Source: an uncultured delta proteobacterium (GTDB taxonomy: Bacteria; Desulfobacterota; Binatia; UBA9968). From it: a stretch of 64,000 bases of DNA. The stretch lies in the NCBI GenBank assembly GCA_963771465.1, contig CAVYTU010000015.1:352001-416000 (forward strand), given 5' to 3'. The translations under genes were made by a program, and so were the position numbers. The notes under the pieces were generated by a model. The model did no database searches and was not told the origin of the DNA. It saw only the letters and a list, made by a program, of their open reading frames with translations. Positions 42,271 to 52,512 of the stretch are shown here, piece after piece (within the stretch, counting starts at the first letter, position 1; every line of letters begins with the position of its first letter).

Positions 42271-43062
42271 ATGCCATTTCAATATCTCCCCATCATGGCG
42301 CAAAACTCCGCTCCCAAGCCGCCGCGCGTATTGGCGGCGCCGTCCAAGCCAGCGTGGTGTCCGATCACGAAACCGGTCAGCGAATCGAGAGTCGCGCTGC
42401 TCAGCAGCGCGGCGCTTCGTTTAGCGCATCAAACACCGTTCATTCCGCGCGAAGACTCTAGTTATCGGCGCGTGCCGTCCGATCCAAGCGCGGGTGAAAT
42501 CATCATCGATCATCACTCGGGAATCGGTAAAGTCCCCAAGCAGGACCCGGAAATCGTTTTTCCGCGCACCGCAATCGCTCTATTGGCTGAGAAAGGAATC
42601 ATCGGCGCGCTGGCGCCTTTTCATTTCTCGTTTATGGGCGGCCTGCGCGAACATGGAAAAATCGAAAACGAACTCGCGCCCGCCATAGTCAGCGATTTGA
42701 AGCAAGCCCAGGTCGATCTCGCCCTGCTGGTTCCCTACTGACCGTTTTGCCACGAGACCGTCGGTCTCATCGCGCACATCATTGAAGCCAGTAGCATTCC
42801 GACACTAGTGATCGGCACCGCTCACGATATCATGAGTAAAGTCACGCCGCCGCGCGCTGCCTTTGTCGATCATCCAGTCGGCCGCACCTTCGGTCCGCCC
42901 CATGATCGGCCGCGCAACGAGACCGTACTTACGAACGCATTGGCGGAAGTTCCGCACTTCGCGCGCGCTCGCGAGATTCACGACCTCGGCTGCGACTGGT
43001 CGCCCGACGGTAGCCGTACTTGGGAAGACGATTTGCGCGCTGAAATGGCGCACGACCGTTGA
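42271..43062 (+). CDS. PrdB/GrdB-like selenoprotein (Sec at TGA 42739-42741, UPFC)
   Basis: In-frame continuation VDLALLVPY-U-PFCHETVGLIAHIIEASSIPT...PPRA; SECIS-like hairpin after the TGA. Confidence 0.85.
42748..42776 (+). promoter_or_regulatory. Candidate bacterial SECIS element
   Basis: GAGACC-GTC-GGTCTC stem with G-initiated apical loop about 19 nt after UGA; TGC/GCA lower stem. Confidence 0.7.
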
Positions 43063-43124
43063 CTCGAAGCAAATTTTAATAGTTAATTGCGGGCGAGAAA
43101 TATTTCAGCTTGAAGGAGTGTTGA

Positions 43125-44147
43125 ATGTCGAAACATCTCACGAGTTTCTGCGCGTCGGTCGTATTATCTATAATGGTGATTTTGCCACTCTATGCAGCCG
43201 CGCCCTTTTACGAAGGCAAGACGATCAGAGTCGTCGTGGGTTTTTCCGCTGGCGGCGGCTTTGATACCTATTCGCGTCTGATCGCACGTCATTTGGGTAG
43301 ACATATTCCCGGCGGTCCAGCGGTTGTCGTCGAGAACATGCCTGGGGCCGCCAGTCTCGTTTCCGCCAACCACGTCTATAATGTCGCCAAACCCGACGGA
43401 CTCACCATCCTCAACTTTCACGGCAACCAGGTCATCAACCAAGTGATCGGCAGTCCCGGCATTGAATTCGATGCGCGCAAGTTCGAGTACATCGGCATCC
43501 CGACCCAAGACAACGTCGCCTGCGCCTTCACCAAAGCAAGCGGCATCACCACTTTTGACGCGTTGAGAAATTCGAAAACCCCCGTGAAAGTCGGCGGTGT
43601 GGCGCCGGGCGACACAACCTACAATACCGCCAAGCTTTTGATCGCCGCGCTCAAGCTGCCGATTCAGCTCGTCGCCGGCTACAAAGGTACGGCGGAGGTA
43701 CGTCTTGCCGCAGAGTCGGGTGAAGTGGCCGGTGGCTGCTGGCAGTGGGAGTCGATTAAATCCATCTGGCGCCAGGGACTCGATGCGGGGAATGTCGCGG
43801 TCATCCTGCAGGTCAACCCAAAACCCCATCCGGAATTGCCCAAAGTGCCCAATGCCATCGATTTCGCACCCAATGAAAACAGCAAACTGTTGCTCAAGTT
43901 CGGCGGTCACGATCCGGCAGCGATTACCCGACCTTACGCCGTCGCACCGGGTACGCCAAAAGATCGCGTACAGATGCTCCGCAAGGCCTTTGTGGAAACT
44001 TTGAAGGATCCCGATTTCAGCGCCGACGCCAAGAAGTCGCGTCTCGATACCGACCCTCTCACGGGTGAAGAGATTGAAAAGATCGTATCGCAACTTTTCA
44101 AGATCGAGCCGACGGTCGTCAGCCAGCTCAAAGAGATCCTGAAGTGA
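43125..44147 (+). CDS. Bug/TctC tripartite tricarboxylate transporter substrate-binding protein
   Basis: Signal peptide; GFSAGGGFDTYSR, ENMPGA, KPDGLT, GYKG. Confidence 0.92.
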   Translation: MSKHLTSFCASVVLSIMVILPLYAAAPFYEGKTIRVVVGFSAGGGFDTYSRLIARHLGRHIPGGPAVVVENMPGAASLVSANHVYNVAKPDGLTILNFHGNQVINQVIGSPGIEFDARKFEYIGIPTQDNVACAFTKASGITTFDALRNSKTPVKVGGVAPGDTTYNTAKLLIAALKLPIQLVAGYKGTAEVRLAAESGEVAGGCWQWESIKSIWRQGLDAGNVAVILQVNPKPHPELPKVPNAIDFAPNENSKLLLKFGGHDPAAITRPYAVAPGTPKDRVQMLRKAFVETLKDPDFSADAKKSRLDTDPLTGEEIEKIVSQLFKIEPTVVSQLKEILK

Positions 44148-44188
44148 TCGAGCCCGGCTTGCGTCTAAATGCCGTACTAGGAGTTTTC

Positions 44189-45214
44189 ATGAAGAGAACA
44201 TCTTCCTACCTATTGGCGTTTTTGTTTCTGGCACTGAGTATCTCAAGCCGAGCCGCCTTGGCTCAAGACAGTTTTTACCGCGGCAAAACCGTCCGGGTCA
44301 TCGTCGGTGCCTCAGCCGGCGGCGGTTACGATACCTACGCCCGCACCATCGCACGCCATATGGGCAAGCATGTCGCGGGCAATCCAACGTTCATCGTCGA
44401 CAACATGCCGGGTGCCGGTTTTTTGATCTCCGCCAACTACATATACAAAGTCGCCAAACCGGACGGCCTCACCATCGGCCACTTCATCGGCGGACTTTTT
44501 TTGCAGCAGCTGCTCGGCAAACCCGGCGTCGAGTTTGACTCGCGCAAGTTTGAGTTTATCGGTGTCCCGGCACAGGACAATTACATGCTCGGCGTCCACA
44601 AGAGCACAGGAATCACCAGCATCGAACAATGGTTGTCGTCGAAAACGATGGTCAAGTTTGGCGGCGTCGGCGCCGGTTCGGCCACCGACGATATTCCCAA
44701 AGTTCTTGGGCCGGCCATCGGCCTGCCATTTCAGTTGGTCTCCGGTTATAAAGGCACCGCCGACGTGCGGCTCGCCTTTAATAGCGGCGAGATCAACGGC
44801 ATCTGCAATTCTTGGGAGTCTTTCAAAGCAACGTGGAGCAAGGAGTTGGCGGCGGGCGAAGTAGTGGTTGTCTTGCAAAATGTCGCCAAGCCTCACCCCG
44901 ATCAGCCCAAGCTTCCGCTGGCGATTAATTTTGCCAAGACCGAAGAAGGTCAGAAGCTGATCAAAGCGCTTGTCCACAGCGTCGGCCCGACGGCGCGACC
45001 GTTCATGCTGCCGCCGGCAACACCGAAAGACCGCGTGCAAATTTTGCGCAAGGCGTTCATCGACACGATGAAAGATCCGGACTTTCTCGCCGACGCGACC
45101 AAAGCGCGCTTGGACGTCAATCCACTGGACGGCGCCGAGCTGGAAAAAAACGTTCGCGAAGTTTTTAACCTAGACAAGTCGCTGATCCCGCGCGCCAAAG
45201 AGATATTAAAATGA
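44189..45214 (+). CDS. Bug/TctC substrate-binding protein (paralog)
   Basis: ATG 44189 with GGAG SD; GASAGGGYDTYAR, NMPGAG, KPDGLT. Confidence 0.92.
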   Translation: MKRTSSYLLAFLFLALSISSRAALAQDSFYRGKTVRVIVGASAGGGYDTYARTIARHMGKHVAGNPTFIVDNMPGAGFLISANYIYKVAKPDGLTIGHFIGGLFLQQLLGKPGVEFDSRKFEFIGVPAQDNYMLGVHKSTGITSIEQWLSSKTMVKFGGVGAGSATDDIPKVLGPAIGLPFQLVSGYKGTADVRLAFNSGEINGICNSWESFKATWSKELAAGEVVVVLQNVAKPHPDQPKLPLAINFAKTEEGQKLIKALVHSVGPTARPFMLPPATPKDRVQILRKAFIDTMKDPDFLADATKARLDVNPLDGAELEKNVREVFNLDKSLIPRAKEILK

Positions 45215-45399
45215 TTGCCGCCACGCGGCTATCATCAAAACGAAGCGAAGGATCGCGCACAAACGATGTCGCACTGGAGTGTTGGAGTGATGGGATGTAG
45301 CGGTGCGGCTAGAATGCTTCGCTCGAGCTCCCCACTGTACTGAGAAGCGCAGTCCAGGGTCATCGAACCTGGACTTGGACATCTGCTTATTATTCGCCC

Positions 45400-45575
45400 G
45401 GAATTTTTTCGTAATCGTCGAGCCTTGTCCTAAGGCGCTTTCGGCATAGACGAATCTGCTCGGATTCCTATTGCGATGTAAACTCCAATTTCGCAGCGCT
45501 TTGCGAGTGGACGAGCCGTCCCTTTACATGAATATTTCGAAGATAGCCGGCTGACTCCCCTCGGGTATGCCGATC
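45400..45575 (-). pseudogene. Decayed HATPase_c fragment
   Basis: Nucleotide similarity to ~47303..47494 (e.g. CGTCGAGCCTTG, GTGGACGAGCCGTCC, TCGGGTATGCCGAT) with stops and indels. Confidence 0.7.
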
Positions 45576-45656
45576 GCTCCCTTAAGCGACCGGCGGAGGC
45601 TTTTAATAAAATGTCGAATAATTCGCCGAGCCGATTTTCTCAGTGACCTCTGCTCG

Positions 45657-46997
45657 CTAGGCCGCGCGGCTGACTGCCGCTTTAGGTTGCATTGGAGCCG
45701 TCGGCAGCAAGATCGTGAAAGTTGTCCCTTCGCCAAGTTCGCTTTCCACGGCGACGCTGCCACCATGACTTTCCACGATGGTTTTAACGATGAAAAGCCC
45801 CAGTCCGGTGCCTTCGATGTTCGCAGCACCATCGAGCCGCCGGAATTCAGAAAATAGGCTGGAGATCTCGTCCTTGGCTACCCCAATGCCGGTATCCTTC
45901 ACTTTGATGGCGATATTTTTCTTGGTCATTGCCGAAGTCACCGTGATCTGGCCGCCGGTTGGTGTAAACTTGATGGCGTTGCTAACCAAGTTCCACAATA
46001 CGCGCTGCAATTGATCGAAGTCGCCCAAGATCGGTTCGAGATTCGCGTCAAGTTTGAGCGCCAGTATTTGCTCTTTCTCCTGGGCCGTGACCATCTGTTG
46101 TAGAACAACTTCTTCGGCGATGACATTCATCTGAACCAGATCTTTTGCGCCATCCAACTTCATTGTTTCTAGTTTCGAAACATCTAAAAAGTCGGTGATC
46201 ATTTTGGTGATGCGGTCGACATTTTTGCGAATGCATTCGAGACACGACAGCCTTTCCTTGGGAGTCGAGTAGCTAATGGACGGCTCGGCGAGTAACTCAG
46301 CATAGCCGAGGATAACGTTGAGCGGCGTCTTGATGTCGTGCGCCAGGGCAGACACCAATTGACGCTTCAACCTTACCGCTGCTTCGATCTTCTCGGTTCG
46401 TCTCTTTTCCCGTTTCACCTGACTCGCCAGATGACCATAAAAGATAGAAATACCGAACATGAACGGCACGCGAAATAGAAAATTTGGGCTGATCGTAGAT
46501 ATAGCTGCGCCGTTCGGGGAGACGAACAGGACAAATACCAAGCTCAGCAGCACGCAGAGCACGCCAATTTGAACGAGGTGCTCGCCAATCGCCGCGATGA
46601 AAACGCAAAAAAAGAAAAGAATAAGCAAATCCCACGGCACTTCCTGCGAAGTCGTAATGGCGCCAAGAATGAGAATTGAATCGACAACCAGGAGTCCCGG
46701 TTCAATCAAGCGTCGTTCGAAATATGTCTCGGGAATACGCTGGAGCAAAACCGCGGACGTGAGACACGTTAACACCAAAAGCGCCGGCAGCGGATCGGTT
46801 ACATTATGTTCATGCGAAACGATAACCAGATAAGAAGTGGCGATTGCAACCAGCCACTGGACGGCGATAATTGCATTTCTATCCTCGCGCAGTGCGCTAC
46901 TTTCGCCGTTCTCCGAGCCCACTATATTTGCCCACCACGAAGTTATCCTGAAGGTTCCGTTCAACGTCAGCCGTTCTAACAAAGCTCTACTTAGCAA
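45657..46997 (-). CDS. Membrane sensor histidine kinase
   Basis: Multi-TM N-terminus; AHDIKTPL H-box, NLVSNAIKFT, DTGIG, GTGLGL; start uncertain. Confidence 0.9.
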   Translation of the reverse strand: MLSRALLERLTLNGTFRITSWWANIVGSENGESSALREDRNAIIAVQWLVAIATSYLVIVSHEHNVTDPLPALLVLTCLTSAVLLQRIPETYFERRLIEPGLLVVDSILILGAITTSQEVPWDLLILFFFCVFIAAIGEHLVQIGVLCVLLSLVFVLFVSPNGAAISTISPNFLFRVPFMFGISIFYGHLASQVKREKRRTEKIEAAVRLKRQLVSALAHDIKTPLNVILGYAELLAEPSISYSTPKERLSCLECIRKNVDRITKMITDFLDVSKLETMKLDGAKDLVQMNVIAEEVVLQQMVTAQEKEQILALKLDANLEPILGDFDQLQRVLWNLVSNAIKFTPTGGQITVTSAMTKKNIAIKVKDTGIGVAKDEISSLFSEFRRLDGAANIEGTGLGLFIVKTIVESHGGSVAVESELGEGTTFTILLPTAPMQPKAAVSRAA

Positions 46998-47263
46998 TTT
47001 CCGCCTCTATCCCCTGGTAAGTTTTTACCCGTACTGGAGCAAGTTTGGTAATCAATCGGTATTGCATCACGCAGCAAGCGTGCCAAGTTTTTCCTATAAA
47101 ATAATTGCAGGAGTTCAAGAAGTTAGCTCCATTCCGAGGGCATCGCGTTGGAGCTGCCGGCGCGTTTTTGACAAGTTATGCCAAAAATGAACTTTCGGGA
47201 GATTGACCATAAGCTCCCACTGCTCGAACCGCGCACCGTGCTTTTTCTCGCGTCGCATCGGGA

Positions 47264-47659
47264 TCATCGAAACTGAATCTGTTGGGTGTCGTGCTGTTGG
47301 CAAGGAATTTTTATCGTAAACGTCGAGCCTTGTTCGACTACGCTTTCGGCTTCGATGGACCCGCCGAGAAGCTCGGTGAACTTTTTTGCGATGTAAAGCC
47401 CCAGTCCCGCACCGCTGAAATCTCGGGTGGACGAGCCGTCCACTTGCTTGAACATGTCGAAGATGATCGGCAGGCTCTCTTCGGGTATGCCGATGCCGGT
47501 GTTGGAAACCTGGAACTCGAAATTCTCGTTGACGCGCGCGGATACCGTCACGGTGCCCGTTTTGGTAAACTTGATGGTATTGTCGATGAGTTTGCGAAGG
47601 ATGTGGGTTAGAATCCCTCCGTCAGTGATCAAGGTAGGCAGGCTTGTGAATATTTCCAA
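47264..47659 (-). pseudogene. Truncated histidine kinase (HATPase_c only)
   Basis: Degenerate N box KLIDNTIKFT, NTGIG, GAGLGL; no HisKA domain. Confidence 0.65.
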
Positions 47660-47943
47660 ACCAAAGCAAGATTTTGGTAAAATTATTTCGAGGCTTCTAG
47701 GACGTTGGCCATGAGATAAATGGTCTTGTGTACTTGACTAATAATCGCGCCATCAAACAGTATCGGGATTTTCTTAAGTTTTACTCTTAGTGACCCGTGC
47801 TATTTTGGCAGGGAAGTGGTCGTGCGGGAACTGATTCCACCCACGAAATCTCTAAAATGGGGCAAAAAATTGGAGCGCTGGAGTGTTGGGGTAATGGAGT
47901 GATGAGTCGCCCAATACACCCGTGTTCCACTTTCCTCAGTCCG

Positions 47944-48369
47944 CTAAAAGCCGCAGTCCGCCGGAGTTACGTCCACCGTGGCGACATGCTGCTTGTCCTT
48001 ATCGAAATAGGAGTAGCGCAGCGTCACACCCTGCTTGAGAAAATCTTCCCGCGTCTCCGGCGCGTTACAGGCGCCTTGAGCGACCTTTTGTTTGGCGCCG
48101 GCGGCGAACTTTTGATGATCCAACTGGCGGACTGAGTAGGGCACGAGCCGATATTTATAGATCAACATACCTTCATGGCCCTCAACAGCGGTAAGTTCGG
48201 TTTCCTTATCGATCATCACCGGCACCGAACGATTGACCTCAGCGGCGATCTTGCTGAGCCGCGCCTGTGAACGTGGATCCAATTTCTCTTGGAACAGTTC
48301 AGGTAGGGCCCAGAACACCAGGCAGCCGGCGATTACGCCGACGGTAATCCATAGCAGCGATTTTTTCAT
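47944..48369 (-). CDS. Hypothetical membrane-anchored protein
   Basis: N-terminal TM helix; two C-terminal Cys. Confidence 0.7.
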   Translation of the reverse strand: MKKSLLWITVGVIAGCLVFWALPELFQEKLDPRSQARLSKIAAEVNRSVPVMIDKETELTAVEGHEGMLIYKYRLVPYSVRQLDHQKFAAGAKQKVAQGACNAPETREDFLKQGVTLRYSYFDKDKQHVATVDVTPADCGF

Positions 48370-48413
48370 GTCCGCTTCAGTCCGTTATGCATTCGCAAAG
48401 CCGAAAGAAACTG

Positions 48414-50103
48414 TTAACCCGCCGGCGGCGCCTTCAATTCGACCAGATTCCAAGTCGTGCTGCCGGTCGATCGGGTGAGCACGACCCACTGCGGTGCTAC
48501 CATGTTCAAGCGTTTTAAGTCGCGTTCCTTGATCAACATATAACTTGTTGGTGCCCCGCCGAGCAACTTTTCGATGGCGGCGGGCGACGACAGTAGCGGC
48601 ATCGCGTCGCGCTCCAAGTAATAATTGAACTCGTTCATGCTGTCAGCGTAAATATACAGCGGCGCCGTCGCCGGAACGATCCGCTTGATCGCCACTGCCA
48701 ATGGCCTGGGCGATTTGAATTGCTCCAGATAGGGAAAAACCCACAGCGCTGAACTGGGTAAAAGCATTGTCATCATCAGTACAATAGACGTTATAGCCTT
48801 AAGCGGGTCGCGCTGCCGAAAAAAGCGAACAGCGACTGCGCCGCCAAGCGCCAACGTCAAGCTGCCGGGGACGAAAATCCAGAAAGCCTCGGGACGGACA
48901 ATCCACGCCACGGCGGGCAGGGCGACGCCGATAATGACGACGATCGTGAAATTGACTGAAGCTAACCAACGAAAAATCGCGGTTTCGTCAATCGTACCAG
49001 CGGAGAGATCGTTGAAGTAATTGCCGATCAACAACGCCAGCACGGGCAGCAGCGGCAGCAAGTAAAGCTCGCGCTTGGTGGCGGAAACGGAAAAAAACAG
49101 CAAGACGCTGATAAACCACAGGACAAAAAACAATAAAACCGGGGTCTGCCAAATTCTTCGATAGGGCCGGTAGGCGATTAGCGCCGGGACAATGAAGATC
49201 GTCCAGGGCAATACATCGACGGGCAGCGTGGTTAAGTAATAGTAGAAAGGTTGACGGTGTCCAGCGCCTGCAGTGTAACGTTGAAAATGATGGATGAAAA
49301 GAAAATCGTTTAGCCACCTGCCATCGGTGGCTTGCTGTACCAACCAGAACCACGGCGCCGTGATCAGCAGAAATAGTGGAATTCCCAACGGCAACTTGGC
49401 CGCGGCGATCATTGGCCATTCGCGCCGTGCGACCATGAATGAAATCAATATTAGCGCCGGCAGGACAACACCAATCAGCCCCTTGGCAAAGTCGCCAGCG
49501 CCATGAAGACATAGACCAAAAGCATTTCGTTGCTGCGGCCGCGGCCTAACAAGGAACGCGCGGCGAAATATATCGACAGCACGAAGAGAAAGCAAAACAA
49601 CATGTCGATGTGGGCCGAGCGCGCTTCCCAGATTACCCGGTTGGATGTGGCTAAGATAGCTGCGCTCAAGAAACCGATCCGCGCGGTGAAAAATTCCTTA
49701 CCCAACAGGTAGGTCGCCCAAATCAAGCCGACGCCCCCGAGCCCGCCGGCAACCGCAGGGTCCACTCGTTCACCGCGCTAAAAATTTTACCGGCGAGCAA
49801 AACCAACCAGAAATAGAGAATCGGTTTGTCGGTGTAGAGATCGCCATTCACCGTCGGCACGATCCACTCGCCCTTGGCGAACATGACCCGAGCAATTTCC
49901 GCATAACGCGGCTCCACCGGCGCCCAAAAATCGCGCCAACCGAGCCCAAAGAAAAACAGCAAGACGCTGAGACTGATCAAAATCAGCGGATAGTTTTTTT
50001 CCGTAAGCAAAATCGCCGGCCCGACAAGGATTGGAGTACAGTCAGGATTAGCAGTCGCGGCAAATTTTTTCTCGCGGGTTAATTGTTGTAATGGTTCGCT
50101 CAC
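48414..50103 (-). pseudogene. ArnT/PMT-family (GT-C) glycosyltransferase with two frameshifts
   Basis: EPRYAEIARVM, DKPILYFW, AKGLIG, LPWT, KRELYLLP spread over three frames; breaks near 49743 and 49487. Confidence 0.85.
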
Positions 50104-50136
50104 ATTTGGGGCGGAAAACTAGAGGGTAAAATGACA

Positions 50137-50166
50137 GCTGGGAACCGCCTTACGGCGGTTCCCAGC
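50137..50166 (-). terminator. Terminator after porin gene
   Basis: GCTGGGAACCGCC/GGCGGTTCCCAGC 13 bp stem. Confidence 0.75.
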
Positions 50167-50190
50167 GGGTACAAAGCGGATTCTAGCGAA

Positions 50191-51462
50191 TTAGAAGGTG
50201 TAAAGTAGCTGCAACCCGAGGGTGGTTTGATTGCTGTCGGCGCTACTCGCACCCTTTTTGAAAACCCCACGATCGGCCCAGTCCTGGCGAAATTCGGCTC
50301 TACCGATCAGCATCTTGGTAAACTTATAACTGCTGGTCAGGGTCATCTCTCCCAGAGTAACGCTTCCCGGCGGGGTTACCGCCGCCAGACCCGCTGTTCG
50401 CGCCGCTTGGCTGTCGATGAATACCTCGCCACGCAGGGCGGTCGTGAAGCGTTCCGTCCAACCGTAGGAAGCGATTGCTGCGATAGCATGCCAATACGCT
50501 TTTTCCGTGTTCGTTGGCGTCGTCACTTTGGACTCCGCACCGAAAGTATACTCAAGCAGCAGCGTCAATGAGTCGGCCGGCTTGATGGTTGCGACATTAC
50601 TCCAAGTGAGCCGCTGGCGACTCGAATTACCGGTCTGTTCGGGCCCGATCAATAGGTTGCTGGCCAATGCGAAGGTGTCGGACGGCGTAAAATTGACGCC
50701 GAGGAGCCCCGACGGTGCGCCGTTATTATCGCGCGGATTATCCCATCCCGTGACGATACCCATGCTTGCCGTGACCGTCTTATGGAATGGGTAGCTGAAT
50801 AGCGTGCCCAAATGGCGCAGCGGCACGCCGAAGTTAAAGGCGAAGGAACGAGAGATGTTATCGTTATAAGCACCCGGTGCATTCAGAATCTCCGTGCCCA
50901 AGGGCGTCACGAACAAGCCACCCTTGATGCCGATGCCTTCGCCAAGCGGAATCGTGGTGGTGATAAAAGATTCGCGCAGTTCAGCGGAAGGCTCGTGATG
51001 GAATCTCTTACCCCACAGCGTCGCTTCTCTCAGTAGCTCGCCACCACGGCCAAAATCCCCGGAGAGTTTGAAACCGACGCCCCAGTCTTTTTCTGGCTTC
51101 TCCACCGCGATGTGGAAATAATTGAAAACGACCTTGTTGTAGTCCTTATCGAAATAGCGCCCAGAGATATTACTCGGGCTATCGGGATGATTGGAACTCC
51201 AAGTGTAACTGGCATCGAAGAAGCCGCTGATGGCGATGCCCAGAGCCTTTTCCAAAGCGCCTTTCCCATTAGCGATGGCACTATCCAACGGACCGACGCA
51301 GCAGTCTAAACTAAGCCAGCCCGGCCCTAACGGCTTATCCTCCGGTTCCGCTGGTTTCTGCTCCGTTGGTGCCGGCTTCTGTTCCTCGGCTGCCTTGACA
51401 GTCCCCAACGCCAAGAAAAACATCACCAGTCCCAATACTAACCCCGTCAATATTTGTTTCAT
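50191..51462 (-). CDS. Outer-membrane beta-barrel porin (BBP2/OmpL-like)
   Basis: Signal peptide; ISGFFDASY, FVTPLGTE, NISRS, RAEFRQD; C-terminal YTF. Confidence 0.8.
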   Translation of the reverse strand: MKQILTGLVLGLVMFFLALGTVKAAEEQKPAPTEQKPAEPEDKPLGPGWLSLDCCVGPLDSAIANGKGALEKALGIAISGFFDASYTWSSNHPDSPSNISGRYFDKDYNKVVFNYFHIAVEKPEKDWGVGFKLSGDFGRGGELLREATLWGKRFHHEPSAELRESFITTTIPLGEGIGIKGGLFVTPLGTEILNAPGAYNDNISRSFAFNFGVPLRHLGTLFSYPFHKTVTASMGIVTGWDNPRDNNGAPSGLLGVNFTPSDTFALASNLLIGPEQTGNSSRQRLTWSNVATIKPADSLTLLLEYTFGAESKVTTPTNTEKAYWHAIAAIASYGWTERFTTALRGEVFIDSQAARTAGLAAVTPPGSVTLGEMTLTSSYKFTKMLIGRAEFRQDWADRGVFKKGASSADSNQTTLGLQLLYTF

Positions 51463-51538
51463 CTAGTGATCTCCTGCTAAACTAGGTTGCGAAATTAACA
51501 CGCGGCAGAATGAATGTGAATAGGCCCTTAATGTAATG

Positions 51539-51554
51539 AGCAATAAAAATGCCA
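51539..51554 (-). promoter_or_regulatory. Sigma54 -24/-12 promoter of porin gene
   Basis: TGGCAT-TTTTA-TTGCT, canonical spacing; NtrC-like boxes at 51636-51652 and 51657-51673. Confidence 0.8.
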
Positions 51555-51694
51555 CGAAAACAGCGTCAGAAAGCATTTTACCCTATCGTAATCAAAGCGA
51601 TTTTTTTGACCAAACAGTCAAAGGAAAGTCTCCATTGCTTAAAATTTAGCCACCCATGTCAATTTTTTAAGCAGCAACGGACACAACCGTGCAG

Positions 51695-52507
51695 TTAAAC
51701 AGAAAAATGGCCGAGCGGTTCGGTGTGGCTATAACTTCGTGCTGTGATTCCCGCTACGCTCTTTTGGAACCAGGCCAAGTCTCTGGCCAGCTTCACCACT
51801 TCGCCAACCAATATCAACGTCGGTGAGCAAAAGTTCTGCTGCCGTCCCATGGCCGCGATGGTGGCGACGGTGCCGAAAGTGGATTTCTGCTGCGGAAGGG
51901 TCCCGGCTTCGATTAGCGCCACCGGACGATCATGCGGGCAGCCCTCTTCTAACAAGCGGCTCATGATCAGACCGAGGTTTTGCAGCCCCATCAAAATCAC
52001 CAAGGTATCCACCGAGCGCGCAAGATCGCCCCATTTCACTTCATCCCCCGAAGCCTTGTGGCCGGTCACGACCGCGAAGCTTGACGCAAGCGAACGGTGC
52101 GTCACGGGAATACCGGCGTAGGCCGGCGCGGCGATGGCCGAACTAATTCCCGGGACGACTTCGAACGCAATGCCCGCCGCGTGCAAGGCCAGCGCTTCCT
52201 CCCCGCCACGGCCAAAGACAAACGGATCGCCACCTTTCAAGCGCACAACTGTTCGGCCCAGGCGCGCATGGCGAATCAGCAACGCTTCGATCTCCCGTTG
52301 ATCGGCGCAATGCTTGCCGGGTTTTTTGCCGACGTAGATCAGTTCCGCCTTGGCGTCGGTGAACTCCAACAGCTCATGGTTCGCCAGCTCATCGAAAAGG
52401 ATCACGTCGGCAGCTTCGAGGCAGCGTTTGCCCTTGAGCGTGATCAGCTCCGGATCGCCCGGCCCGGCGCCGACGAGATAAACTTTGCCGACGGTAGTCG
52501 CGGTCAT
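51695..52507 (-). CDS. cobA: Uroporphyrinogen-III C-methyltransferase (siroheme synthesis)
   Basis: VGAGPGDPELIT, RLKGGDPFVFGRGGEE. Confidence 0.95.
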   Translation of the reverse strand: MTATTVGKVYLVGAGPGDPELITLKGKRCLEAADVILFDELANHELLEFTDAKAELIYVGKKPGKHCADQREIEALLIRHARLGRTVVRLKGGDPFVFGRGGEEALALHAAGIAFEVVPGISSAIAAPAYAGIPVTHRSLASSFAVVTGHKASGDEVKWGDLARSVDTLVILMGLQNLGLIMSRLLEEGCPHDRPVALIEAGTLPQQKSTFGTVATIAAMGRQQNFCSPTLILVGEVVKLARDLAWFQKSVAGITARSYSHTEPLGHFSV

Positions 52508-52512
52508 CGCTG

